Shown here piece after piece: positions 11,956 through 26,494 of a DNA stretch of 64,000 nucleotides. The stretch lies in NCBI GenBank assembly GCA_015680685.1, contig MNCI01003312.1, positions 107,160-171,159 of the forward strand, in the 5' to 3' direction. Positions within the stretch are counted from its first letter, which is position 1. Each line of letters starts with the position of its first letter. A program made the position numbers and the translations under genes. Origin of the DNA: Gnetum montanum (taxonomy: Eukaryota > Plantae > Gnetophyta). The notes under the pieces were generated by a model. The model did not search any database. It was not told the DNA's origin and was given only the letters and a program-made list of their open reading frames with translations.

Positions 11956-14900
11956 CTAATCCTAGAACACCTATAATAAACCAATCTTAAAGAGTCTTTC
12001 ATGCAACATTTGATATAGAACAAACAAACTTGACTATTCATAAAATGGATACAATGTTTCAAGAACCATAAGAACTATTCATGAGCATAATAAGAAGAAA
12101 CAGAAAAAGATGTGAAAACACAAAAGAGTGAATAAAGAGAATGTGTATACATAAATAATAAAAATAGCCATGAAAGTAATATCCTGCCCTCCTAAATGAG
12201 TAGAATGAAGTAACTCAAGGCTAGATCACACACTCATGATGAAGACTGTAAAGAAAATAAGCCTATAGGAGATTAGATAAAGGAAGGTCAGTGTATAGGA
12301 GAGACTAGATGACAAAATAAGCCTACAAAAGAGTATAAGACAACATAATGTTGGAATTTTTCATTTAAAAACAAAGATGAAGAAAGCATCTAACCTAGAT
12401 AATGGTAGATGAAGAACAAAACATATAGATGGGTGATTATATGATTAATCTATTTTTGAAGAATATCACTAAAAAATGTAGAGAGTCCCAACCCAAAAGT
12501 TGAAGGAGTCAACAAGAATCCTAAAAGGAAGGAATAAAAAATGTCATCCAACTTGTGGGATTGAGATTAAAAGTTCTCAAACAAAGTACTGAAGTTGAAA
12601 GTTGAAGTATATAGGAGATACAATAGTGATGAATGCATAAAGTTATTGAAAACAATTCATGAAGGAAGTGGATTAAACCCATTAAATTTAAATGAAAAAA
12701 AGTTAATTCATCGGTACATAATAGATTAAATGAAATGTGTAACACTTGCTTAAATAGCCAAAATAAATTGCATTACAAGTTGGAAAAATCAAACATCAAT
12801 ATGAAAGTCATGATTATACATTTTTCACATCATCGTCAAGAATTTACATTATAGATATTGTGCTATCATATCATACATACAAGATCATTACAACTACAAA
12901 TATACTACAACTACAAAAATAAAATAACTAATTCCATCATTATGAATCTTCACTGAACATCATCCATGACTTCACTGTCCCATCCTCCTACTTTTAAAAT
13001 TTCACACCTACATCTACATACATGCATATCTAGGAAGAGTCAATGCTCTCCAACCATAGCATAAATGCAACCTTGAAACCCACAAAATAGGTACCAAATG
13101 AAAAGGGACCACCATTGTAAGACATTAACAACATGATATCTAAAAGAAAATTAACAAGGAATACTTAACAAATATACACAAATATCTAGTTGAATTTTAA
13201 ACTAAATATTGGTTACAATATCCAACAATCTGAAAGCGTTGAGATCTCAAACTCAACTTTGAGGACATTAGCTATAGCCTAGTCATAACTAGTACTTAAC
13301 TTTAAAGTCTCACATCCTAATTTATTTAACCAATAATTGAAAACAAACTACTAACTAGAGAACCTACTAACTATGGTTTTAAGCTAGGAATTTTCCATAT
13401 GAATTTGTCCTATTCCTATGAATCACTAGTCAAAATCCCATCCCAAGAATGTATTAGAGATAAGACCTCGACTTCCAGCATTCACATAAGGGCTACACAC
13501 AAACCAACTCATAATGTTTCTAGTGCAGCCTCATCATTTAGCCCATACTTTACCAAGACTAACTCAATATTCCTACCACATTCATGATTGTTAATGATGT
13601 TTGACCCTTTTTCTTTGTTGTCGAAGAAAATGTATTTCATTGAACAAATTGATGCAACAATGTCAAAAGCCAACATAATTCACCAAAATAAGGCTCTAAT
13701 CAAAGGTAAAACATGAATCTAAAAAAATCCAATCAAGGAAAATAAATTCACAATATAATTTGAAAGCTTCAACAATGTAGAAATTGAATGAAAAAATATA
13801 AAGAAAAATGTAAAAAATTCAAAATTACAATAAAATCTAGTTTCCCTACTTTTTCATGGATCCAATGCAACAAGAAGTTAACAATAAGACCTTACATTAA
13901 ACCTCCACATAGTAGGGCAAAAGCTCTAATATGTTAAACACCTTCAACATAATGAACATAAACTCAACAATCGATAAATTTGATGGTAAAGGATATTGAG
14001 GCTATGCATTTGTAGGACAAAATTGAATTATCAATAGTAAATGTTTCATAACTAATAGATGGCTCACATGATCCTAAGGATTAATTCACATCATTATCTT
14101 GGGCTTTGTAAATCTATACCATTAGATTGACTCTTTATCAATGGTTGATAATGGACTAGTCATAGCAAGATTCTAGAAGGTTTCTATCAATAAAAAATAA
14201 TAATTTCCTGTTTTAGACCATCAACTAAAGACAAAATAAAGAACAAAGAAAATATTTTTCATCATCTTGATTATCATCAAAGGGGTCCATTGTCCAATCA
14301 ACATATCCTTATCATAAGGTACTACGGTTAGTTATAGTAAAAATGAAATAATAAGCATCAATATCAAAGATAATCATTTCATATATAAAGTACTAGCTAC
14401 ATTAAATAGATACTTTATCATTTACAAAGTTTCACTTGCAAATGAAAAACATGGTAAATAAGGTTATCAACATGGTCAAATTTCGAATATGATTCATAAA
14501 GACATATTAATAAACTAAACATATAAAAGAAAATAAAAATCATCACAAGGAGTAGGCACAAGTGTAAATCCTTAAGTGTGACAAAATATATAAACCTATG
14601 GTATGTATAACTATTAGTATTATATTGGCAAGAATAATATTTACATCATCGTTATTGATCAACAAACCATATATGAATAAGAATCAAACATAATAAATAC
14701 ACAAAAGAAATAAGAAATAAATAGAAGCAAAACACAAATCTATCTTGAAAAACCTCATTCTAAACCCTCATCACAACTAGCCCCTATATCCTTGGCAACA
14801 CAACTACAAACTAGTATATCAAAGAGATTATAAAAGTAAGGGAAAGAATTAAAACTAAAACTAAGATTTTACTTGTCCATTGAGATTGTTTTAGATCTCT

Positions 14901-16741
14901 TGGACAAAGAAATTTCAAAATTCCTTTTTAAGAAATATTTTAGATCTATCGAACATAGCAATTTACCATAATCGAACCTATGACTTAGGATTTTCAGGCT
15001 AGCACTCTTACCACTAAGGTAACATCTCAATTTCCTTCAAAAATTCTTATAGATGTATTTATACTATCAAGTGAACATAGCCAATTTATTAATAATAAAA
15101 TTGAAAGTGTAAATAAGAAAACATTTACAAATGCTTCTCTACAGGTAAATTATGCAGTTAAATCATTAATCAGTACAATCTATAACATGATAACTAAAGC
15201 AATAAAGTTATAAAAAGCATAATGATTGTAACTGTAGTTAAATTATGATAACTTGTAGAATAACTTATGCAAATAGTAATTTATTCTCAACTTATTCATA
15301 ATTCTTTCTCATTAAGGTCAATTTGTTGTGAAGTTCAATCTAGACCTTAAATGGCATTAGCTTTTATGACACGAACAACTATACATTTGATAAATACTGA
15401 CTTTCTCATTATATTGATAGATATTAACTTTGTCATAATATGAACATACTATCAAGGCTCTCTTCTATCGTAATCTTTCTCATAAGTTTTTTTTTTTTAT
15501 CTATCTACTTTTAAATACAATGGTACCATGTCTCAATATACTTTGTTCTACTCTGAAGAGTGGGGCTATTGGATATGGAAATTACAATTTTGTTATCATA
15601 TTCTTCTCATTGATTCCAATAACCACATGGTCATGTAAATAAGATGAGTTATTTTTTGTAATAAAATACCAAAGTTTATAGTACCACAAAAGATGTCAAA
15701 AAGCTTGTTTCACAGTAATCTAGTGTTGTTTACCTAGATTAGGTATATACCTACTAAGTTTTTCCACAATGTATGCAATACCAAGGGTACTACCAATCAT
15801 TTCATACATCAAATTGCTACTAGCATTATCATATGGAATTTTTGTCATAAGTTTCTTCTCTTCATTTATCTTTAGATATTATTCAACTGAAAATTTAATC
15901 TCAATTTCATAATATATTACCACAAGCTTTCAATCTTATAAATTATATCTTTTAAATATATTTTTTAACATATGCAAATTGTCCAACCTAAAATATTTTA
16001 TTAATCTTATTCTTTTGATTTTCATGCCTAAAATCCTTTAACAACACTAAGATCTTTCATCTTAAAGAGGGGAAAATAAAGTTTTAAAAACCTAATTTCA
16101 TTCATGTAATTTCTTGCTATTAATATGTCATCAACATATATCAACAAGATTAAAAAATTTTCATTTTTACTTTTATCCATAAACATGAATCTTCTAGACT
16201 TTTAATGAAGCCAAGATTTACTATGTGTTCATTGAATATTTTGTTCCACATTGTTAATACTTGTTTAAACCCATACAATAATTTTAACAATCAACAAATT
16301 ATATATTCTTTTCCTTTCTCATCAAACCCTTTAGGTTGTAGCATATATATTTTATCCTCAAGATCACCATTGAAGAAAGTAGTTTTAATATTCATGGGTT
16401 TAACTTTTAAATCATAAGCTACTACTGTTAGTAGCAACAATCTACTAGAAGTTAATTTTATCAAAAGGGAGAAAAATTTATCATAATTATTTTGCAAATA
16501 TCTTGTAGCCACATGACATGCTTTACACTTGTCACTAGATTTAATTTCGAGTACCAACTTACATCCTATTGGTTTCATACATGATAGTAATTCAACCAAA
16601 TCCTAGAGATGAACACATTTCATCTTATATATGCAACTCAGCCTTCATAATTAGAATTTGATCTTCAAAACAAGTGGATAACTCCTTCATGATACCATCC
16701 TTGTTTCTAAGATTTTCAAATATCTCTTCTAGGATAGTATG

Positions 16742-19700
16742 TGATGAGCAGCAAGTACTCTTTATGCCCAACCATACAAATCACAAGTGTTCATGCATGA
16801 TCTGGTCAAATTCCATGGATGGGACTAGTTATACATCTAGATTGTTAAGCATTGATTGGAGTTCATTGTCTTTCCACTTGAACTAGTGGTAGCTTTGTCA
16901 CGTACAGTTTAGTCCAAAGTGAGGCATATGATTGTTGATGTTGTTTCAACTTTATGCTACTTCTACGATAATAGAGAAATTAATTATTTAATCTAATTAA
17001 CAGCAAAAAGTAAATTCTAAACTAGCCTACAAGTGATGAGTGTCCATTTCCAGCTTGCCATACACATCCTGAACCCACGTATCCACTACTAGGATTACCA
17101 AGCACTATGCTACTAGGCAAACCAAGCTATTAACGTTGTTGGGATTACCAAGTGAATACGTGTTTACACTTGAAACTAGTCACACTCATTCCACCAATTA
17201 ATTAATGTGATGGAAATGTAAATATTAACTAAGTACATGAAAAGTAGATATTAACTAAGTACATGAAAAGTAAAATTGCAAGGAAAGTAAATTTAATTTA
17301 AGTTAAAGTGCTGCAATGAATAAGAATCAATCTCAATCTTATTGCCATTCATGGAATGTGTTCAAGTACATTGCCGCTCGAACAAGATGTTGTACAACTA
17401 ACTCAGATCCACATTGTGGGCACTCACTAACTGTTGTCTAAGTCTATGGAATAAAACTGCAAGGGTTTGACTACTCTCTTAATAAAAGAATGTTAAATAC
17501 ACAATGGGAGCACATGTTTTTATAAGTGAAAACACACACTACATCGACGTGTATGCATCAACACATCAACACATGTGTCAATGAGATCGCATCGACGCAT
17601 ACACGTCGACAAGGCTACGTCAACGCATACTCATTGACACAACTATGATATCGTATCTAAGATGTAGCAGCTAACTGAGATGCACCGACATGGATGCTAC
17701 AATGCGAATGCCATGTAACATCTACAACATAGCATCTACGTTATCTCAACCAACTAATGCTTCATCATACCCTCACAACTGACTAAAAACTCATCCTCAA
17801 GTTAATAGGATAGGATTAAATATTTCTTTATAAAAATTTGGGAAAGTATGGGATTATTAACTAATGCTAATTACTAACTAACTCTCAGTCCCACATTGTA
17901 AAATTTTATTCGAATTGATGCATAAAAAATGATAAAAAGACTGGATAGACATTGAAGATTACAAAATTTGGAGAGGTCTTCAAAAATCTGTAGAAGATTA
18001 TTCTTCTTGTTACCACTAACAGTGGAAGACTTCCAACCTTGATTGTTATGTTGATGCTTCTTTGGTTATGCAGAACATTGTTGAAGGATGGACTGAAATT
18101 TCTTCTCATCGTCCCATGGATCAAGCAATCATGTGATGTTTGAGTCGTTATCCTGTATGTGCTACTATTTGTCCATGGGCATATCCTCTATGGTCCCTCT
18201 CTTGGCTTCATTTCTGTGCCTGGCAAAAGACCTTCTTCCTTAGGCATCCCTTTTAGCATCACCTATAGTCAACAAAGGATCAACATTAGTTTTGGTAAAT
18301 TTTCCTTGATAATTAGCCCTTTTGGATCCCTTAGTTTACGTTTAAGCACAACATGATGACAGCATACTATGCCCAAGCCTATGAGGTAACTAAAATCATT
18401 AAGTTATTCACCTTATTTTGGTCAATTACTATTAGTTACCACAATGTTCGAAAATAGGATGTTGGAAAAATTTCAAAGCAAGCATTCCTAGCCCACATGA
18501 CTAATAAGCGTAATTCTAGAAGCACACAAGTTTTTAAATAATTAAAACCAAAGGTCCGATGCACAACATGGCCAAGAAAAAAAAATTTTATTTTTTTTTT
18601 TTTTTTGAATTTGAAGAATATGGAAATAGAAAAAAGAAAAGTAAGAAAATTAATGAAAACTGATGAGAAGTAGTCCCAAAATCATGCATAAATTTAGATA
18701 AATTGTCAACGATGTTCGAGAAGGTGTGAAGATTAGTTCAAAACCATGATCAACAAAATTTATGTAAGTAGATCCTTCCCAAAGCAAGCTCCTACCATAA
18801 TGCCCTTGCATAACCATTTCTATAGATGTCTGTGAGCAACCAAGAAGTTAAATGTAGATCATACCTTTATTCCAAACAACAAACAATTGCCTTGGTTGGG
18901 ATGTTGTACAATACCATACAAAACCAAAAGGTGCATGACTACACATAGCTGTGAGGTGAATAATGGAATGAGAAGGGATTACAAAGATAGGGATGTAAGG
19001 TACTTGACCATGTCTGCAATAGGTTCTTGTGTCGAATGTGATTAAATGATCATCATACCTATCCATCCAAGTCCATACCATTAACAATGACCTCCCATTG
19101 ATGTGTTCCTTCTTGCCTACCATCATGAATCCACAACCACCTCAAAGAACAATCATAACTCCAAAAAGAGAAGAAGGAAGGAAGGACCTTAGTTAGAGGG
19201 ATGCCTTCAAGCATGGGTAACATGTCTTTTTAGCCCCATAACTAGTGCTTGTAGCCCATTATTGTGTCTAAGAAGTGTGCTTTGAATTTTCATTATTGTT
19301 GTTGTTGTTGTTGTTCTTTTGATGGGAACCACACCATGAAAAGACTTAACTTCTTATTATTGGTCAACAGTGGAATTATGATATGTTCCTTGAGGAGTCA
19401 TACACGAAGGAAGTCAAGAAGAGAACCCAACAAGTACCCTTGAGGTCACATCCTTTTCCATTCCCACTTGATCTTTTCCCCTTTTCTTCAAGGTGCAATG
19501 ATCATTAATTGATTTTAGTTTCATGAAAGAAAAACCAAATTTCTTTCATGACAAAGGCCTTTTATTCAAAGAACTAGAGGGGTGGATGAGGTGGTCTCAC
19601 TACCTTACACAATTACTTACCCAATCATCTTGATAGCATAGCACAAAAACCCAACACATAGTGTTGACTTCTGCATCATGACTGGTAATATTATTAACAA

Positions 19701-22700
19701 AAACATAAAAAACATTTATAAAACATACAAGAAACAACTCAATAAAATAGAAAATTATAAAGAAATGAAAAACATAAGAATCAAAAAATATTGAAAGAAA
19801 TAGGAAACTAATAAAAAATTTTAAAACAAAAAAGTGAAAAGCAATTATTAGTTCTTGATTTAGGATGGGGAATCTCCCCCACAACTAAGCGTAAAGGCAG
19901 AACAAGAGCTAATAAGTGGATTGGTTGGTTCCATACATCTTTTAAATAGTTTTGCACTCTTATTTCCAAGCCACTGGGTGTCTTCTAGTTTAGTGGGTAC
20001 TGCATAGACTGATTTTTTCTCACACACTTGTTTCTAAACTTTATAGTGGGTCGATATAGGGGTTGTGTTAATATTTTGAACTTCTAGTCCACAACTGCAC
20101 CCTTTATCATTATTAGTGATGCATGGAGATTTTTGTCTCTACACAATGATAGGTTCATCATTTCCATTCTGTGTTAGAGTGGTGATGGTTATTGGCTTTT
20201 GCGTATGATCAAGAGACATCATTTTTGTGAGGAACGATATTGCACCAGATTGGCCTTGTGTGGATTTTGATGTACTAGTAGGTCTACAATTTTTGTGCTT
20301 GTGTGAGAAAACTGCCCTAAAGAAAGGATGTTTCCGAGGTTGTGGTTGAGATCTACTAGCATTATCATTTCCATGTATGTTCACAACACAAGTAGCATTC
20401 TTTCATTGATGTTATGGTGCTGAACCTTCCTATTTTGTTGGTGGTGACATACAATGGAGAGAAGTATTAAAGTATTGAGGATATGATGGAGGATGAGAGG
20501 CATGAGGTGGTGATCCCATAGAAGATGTGCAAGTTGATGATATTCAGGAGACTGGTAGTAGTGATTTGAGGTAGAGGAAGTAGAATCATTTAGGGAAACA
20601 GGTTGTTGAACATAATATCCGTACATGTTCGGCTAGCAATAAGGGCAATGTTGGTTTCATGATGGCCTCCCCCACAACTGTGGGTTTTGCCATTGGGATT
20701 GATTGTAATTTTGAGACTAATAAGGAGTCCCACTCGAATAGTGCAGTTGGTTGTAGGACTGTCTATAATTACCTTGTGAGTAAGGTAATTTCCTAAGCAT
20801 TTTCTTTTGTACAAACTTGGGATTCAAAGCAAACGCCCCATACTCATGTAGATGTAACATAACTAGGAAATAGCCCTTTGGATGGTCATATAGGCAGATG
20901 TCACATTCATCATTCTCTTCTATGGTTAAGTCTATAGCCTCTTCTTCTACAATCATTTTCCATTTTTGCTAGTAAGTGTTCCTACTTTTTTCTTAGTTCT
21001 TTTTCCTCCTCTTGTTTTGATCATTCAATTCATTTTGCATTATTCTCTCCTCTACAATTTTTACATAAGTTGTAACTTTATCATTCATCAACTCCCACAT
21101 CTTATCTAGCCTTGCTTCAAGCTCATCGATAGACTTTTGTATTGACAAGGTTTGTTGTGAGATCGCCTCATTGAAAGCTACCTCGTTTTCCTCATCATAG
21201 ATATGGACCCTCTTCTTTTAAAGATTTGTATCCCAGTTATATTCCTCTACATTCACTCATTTACATAGCACTCCTTTTGCCACCCACTCGATTAGCCTTT
21301 GTACCTAATGGGCTTTCAATTCGTATAACCAACCTTGGGCATAAATCCCAAGAGTCTCCCTTATTTGATTATGAAGCCCATCTATGATGTGGAAAATTTT
21401 CTCTTTTTGAGAGAAATAATGGCTTGGACATCTATGTAGTAGAGAATAGTATCTATCTAAGGCCACATCCAAGGATTCATGACGTTCTTGCTTCCACCCT
21501 TGGATTTGTTTTCTCATGTTGGACACTCTTGCATAGGTTTGGTATTTTTCATTAAAGAGCTCCAGCATTGTGGACCATTGGTGAATGGAATCCAATTCCA
21601 ATGATCTATACTAGCTTTCAACTTCATCTATTAGTATCCTAGGAAAGAGCTTAAGCTTTTGCAATTCGTGTTCAATGTTTTGCAAAGCACAGGCATCATG
21701 GAAGGCTTGTAAATGATGTTGTGGATCAGAATTATAGCCTCCATTAAATTTAGGAATGTTGTCCATATCAAGTCATTTGATGCAATTGTCTCATTAATGC
21801 CTTTGGGGTATTTGAACTGTCTCCCTAATTTGTGTCAAGCCCCTAGTAGCCAACAAGGGTTCATCTGTACCAAACACGTCATGGTGATAATCTATATCTC
21901 TATTCATCTGATTGTGATGATCTTCTCTATTCTCATTTTGATGTCTTTAATTTTGCCCTTGGGTTTCATTTCTATCTTTATCTTGACCCCATCTATCTCT
22001 ATACCTATGTCCATCTTTGTCAAAACTAGATGTTGAAGAGGAAGAGGAAGATGAAGAACTAGGAGAATTACCATGGCTCCTATATCTCCCCCCATGGTCC
22101 CTTAATCTATCTTTTCTAGGTTTAGAGGAGGTCCTAGGCCTTGATGCCCTCCTTGTTCTAAGACTTTCTCCATCTCCTCTAGGATTTTCTGTACCAGTTG
22201 AACATAGTCCTTACGTGTAGTAAGGATGGAAATGAGCATATGAAACCCCTACTTGAGCTTGTTCACTCCATTTATCTTCATTATAGAACCTACCATGTTT
22301 CCTATGAGTGTTTTCATCATACGATGCATTATTGGTCTTATGTGAAGAAGACATGTTTTTAACGTGTGTGACTTAAAATAAAATATTAATATTTTCTAAA
22401 AGATAAATCGTTAATACTTTTACAACGATCGTTTATAATATAACTAATCTAGATAACTAGCATCATCCCTGGCAATGGTGCTAATGATGAGCAGCAAGGA
22501 CCCCCTACGCCCAACCATACAACTCACAAGCATTCATACTCAATCCGGTCAAATTTCGTGGATGGGACTAGTTGTGCTTCTAGATCGTTAAGAATTGCTC
22601 ATAGTTCACTATCTTCCCACTTAAACTAGTAGTAGCTTTGTCACGTATAGTTTAGTCCAAAGTGAGACATATGATTGTTGATGTTGTTTCGACTTTATGC

Positions 22701-23419
22701 TACTCCTAACAATAATAGATAAATTAATTATTTAATCTAATTAACAATGGAAAGTAAAGTATAAACTCGCCTAACTCGCCTACGAGTGATTAGTGTCCAT
22801 TCCAAGCTTGTCATACACATCAGAACCCACGTATCCACTACTGGGATTACCAAGCGCTATGCTACTAGGCAAACCAAGTAATAACGCTGCTAGGATTACC
22901 AAGCAAATATGTGTTTACATCCAAAACTGGTCGTGCTCATTCCACTAATTGATTAATGTGCATGGAAATGTGAATAGTAACTAAGTACATGAAAAGTAAA
23001 GTTGCAAGGAAAATAAATTTAATCTAAGTCAAAGTGTTGCAATGCATAAGAATCAATCTCGATCTTATTGTTGTTCATGGAATGTGTCCATGTACATTGC
23101 CACTCAAATAAGACATCGTACAACTAACTCAGATCCACAATGCGGGCACTCACTAATTGTTCTCTAAGACTACAAAATAAAACTGCAAGGGTTCAGCTAC
23201 TCTATTGACAAAAGAATGTCAAATACATTATAGGAGCACGTGTATTTATAGGTGAAAACACACACTGCGTCGAGGCATATGCGTCAATGCATGCGTGGAC
23301 AGGATTGCATCAACAGGGTTGCATCGACATGTACCCATCAACACAACTACGATATCACATCTACAACATACAAATGCAATGTAGCATCTACGATATCTTA
23401 ACCAACTAATGCTTCATTA
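16742..23419 (-). mobile_element. Complete non-autonomous gag-only Athila-like LTR element (family B, TR-GAG-like)
   Basis: LTRs 16742-17767 and 22485-23419. TSD GTATG (16737-16741 / 23420-23424). Degenerate tRNA-Asp PBS (TAGCACCATTGCCAGGGA on minus) next to 22485; PPT next to 17767. Decayed gag ~20140-22330; no PR/RT/INT motifs seen. Confidence 0.92.
20139..22330 (-). pseudogene. Retrotransposon gag pseudogene
   Basis: ORF 21305-21601 (ELFNEKYQTYARVSNMRKQIQGWKQERHESLDVALDRYYSLLHRCPSH) and ORF 20717-20956 (CDICLYDHPKG) are typical Athila gag segments. Confidence 0.85.
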
Positions 23420-26400
23420 GTATGTTTATTATTTAGTTAAAATATTAATAATGGATACATTCTTACCTTCATTTCCACTAATAACATATTCACTTCTAGT
23501 AAAAGTATTGCATATGGAACATTAGTTTTGATATTGAAATCATCCAATAAGAATTATTTTTTAAATATTTTAATTTTCTTCTAACATTCCTAATCAAGAC
23601 TTGAACTCTAACTTCAATTCTCTTCGAACATTACTAATGAAGACTTGAACCCTAACTAACACATCCATAGAGTCCAATAGGTTGTACAATTTTTCAAAAT
23701 GTATCTGCTCAAATCTCCAAAGTTCAAAAAATAAGGTAAATAGAAAATATTTCCTATTAAAGTTTTTTTAACAAGTAAAATGAGATTGTATTTATAAATT
23801 AAGATTTGGAATACAATGTGATTATTCTTGGAATATCAAACCAAAATGATAGAATTTTGCTTATCAAGGAATTAGTATAAAAGTTCTTTCTAAATTTTAG
23901 AAAATTATTGTTGCTCATCTAGTTGTCAAGTAAATGTGGATAAAACCAAATTAATGATCCAAGGTACAAGAAATAGTTGTTATAACTTCCATTTTGGAAG
24001 TACCAATGTGCAAATATTAGATTCTTTTAAATATTTGGGCCTCATTTATATGAACAATTACATGTGAAGAAAGTGCATCAAAAAACAAAAGCATAAGGTT
24101 TCTAAGCTTTGTATGCATTCAAAAAGAAGTGCAAGCATTTAAGACTAGGGACTTGGAAGGTCATAAAAGAAATTATTCATACTAGCATGTATCCTATTGT
24201 ATTGTATTTTATGGATGTGTTGTTTGGGGACCTAGACTAGTGCTAAACTTTGAAAAGATATTGAAAAAGTGCAAAAAAAAAAACTTCTCAATGACTTAAA
24301 AGTGAATATGAAAACATCTTACTCAATCTTACCTTTAGAAGCAAAAACCTTATGTCAATTCATTACATACATTCTCTAAAACATTTTTTGAAGATTCACA
24401 AAACTATGGTTGGTATTTTTAGGGAATGCAATGATTGAGAAAATGGAATATCTCTTGGGAGGACGTGCAACCAAATCTCAAGCATATTTACCATCTAGTC
24501 AAGCAAAAGGTTTTAAAAAGTAGAAGGCAACAGAGAATTTTATTTATATCATATTAGATCTAATAAACTAGATGTAGAAACTCACTCTCAGTTACTATTC
24601 CAATCAAATATTGAAATGCTATCAACAAGCTTCTCTTAATTCCTCATCATTTGTAAGTTGTGCTAGTCAAGAGCTCTTGAAGATAAGCTACATGTGTTTC
24701 TTTGTTGTGCTATGACTACCCCATTTGAGACACCATTATAATGTTACAACAAAACTTGTATGATTTGTTTTTGTTGCCCCCATTAGTGCTTGACCAATTT
24801 GTAAAGTCAATTGTAGACAATTAATAAAATCAATCATATCATAGCCAATGAAAGTTAGGGAGACATTGCTCACTTGGTTAGAACATCGAGCTTATGGGTT
24901 ACAAATCATAGGTTTGAGCATAATAAAAACATGTGCCTCATTCTCAAATCCTATACCTACTAAACATGCCATAGATAATATGAGAGCATCATCATCAGAC
25001 CCTACATGGGATAAAGGCACCAAGGTAAAAGATGATGACACCTTATCCAATGAAAGCATAACTCATCTAGTAAACCTATTTCTTTATATGTAACAAGTTG
25101 CAAGGTTGAATTTTGTTTGGACAAGCCTTAAACCCAATGATAATTTAAATGAACTTATCAATTTTCATGCACCCCAACCCTCCTATCAAAGGATTATACA
25201 AAATAAGAAACAACAATCTATTCTTATTTTATAAATTCCTTCCACATGAAAGAGAAAGGTAAATTATGTCAACTTCCAACTTTATGATATTCCACAACAC
25301 TCTTTAGCATGGATAACTCAAGCATGGACAACAATGAGTTATGGAAGAGGAGTTCTAAATTGAGTGTAATCTTGAGTAGACACTAAAATTCAACTTGCAC
25401 ATTTTTAGCCTTTTCACATGCAACCACATTAAAAATATTCAAAAGATGAATAACAAAAAATGAGATGTTAAGCTCTCGGATCAATTTACAAGTAATACTT
25501 GAGTTATAAAACTTCTACCGAAGTATGCATATTCTACTAAAGTATTATCTAAAAGTATCATACACATAATCATCCCCTCCCCTCACAAGATAAATGACAA
25601 AATTGCACGTCGTATAGACCTAGACCTTATGATGCCGCCACAAAACCATTGCTTCAAATCATCTTGAAGATGCTGCAAGAAAGGCTAAGGCTTTATGATG
25701 CTGGCATTGCTTCATATCGATCAACATTACGATGAATAGGTTACCCAAAGTTCCATAAACTGTTCAAGGTTTAGCATTTGAGTTTGCTCTAAACATCGGT
25801 GGGTTTTCCTTTGGTATTGGGCAAGCCAACGGGCAATGGTGATTCAGGCAGATGAAAAATTGTAAAGATAACCCCGATGCAGCCGCAGCCTTTGTTTTAA
25901 AGTATAGCGTCGTACTGTTAAGCTCCAGTAGTATTTCAAATGCATTAATATGAAATAAGCAAGATCGTTACTGTGGCTCCACTTAGTTTCCAGGGGAAAT
26001 GCTGGATTCAGCTCACCAGTTATAAAAAATACACAAAAGGCACTAAACACCACTAAATATATCTGTGAATAAATAACTTAACCAACATCATGATTCATCT
26101 CATGACCAGTTTTTAATCATTGAACAGCAAATATATCAACCGAAACAATTTCCGCTATTCTGCGTTTTCATAATACACTGCCATTAGACTTCTTGACATC
26201 CTCAAATGACATCTTAATACACTCTTTCTGCATATACAGAAAGTTTCTAGGAACCGACCGAATCAACCGAGAAGTTACAGAGACCCAAGATGAATCTGAC
26301 GATTAGTTTGCAACTTGCTAGAAGTGCAAACATATGCAACTCCAAACACATGAAAAAGCAATTTATATACTTTTGACTTTGACTCAGAATACTTATTCTA

Positions 26401-26494
26401 AATCAAAAAAATAAATTTGATGAATAATCAATGGATCAACACAAATAGCAAGGGAGACAAAATTTCACGATATTACAGAAACAAACGAAATAAA

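Larger units (their letters stand above)
14600..25180 (-). mobile_element. Decayed Ty1/copia element (gag-PR-INT-RT-RH, probable 3' LTR ~14600-15290), interrupted by the 16742-23419 insertion
   Basis: ORF 16291-16599 has copia RT motifs (KPIGCK, CKACHVA, MNIKTTFFNGDLEDKIYMLQPKGF); ILLIYVDDILIA at ~16118-16150; gag N-terminus MKIDKF near 25168. Order INT before RT fits copia. Outer boundaries approximate. Confidence 0.8.

Noticed and set aside
13560-13940. Second copia gag/PBS remnant (AGCTCTAATATGTT resembles a reversed tRNA-Met PBS)
   Set aside because: Too degenerate to support boundaries or a translation.
25590-26490. Separate small gene (ORF 25844-26053)
   Set aside because: No recognisable protein; more simply the SAD2 3' UTR or downstream region.
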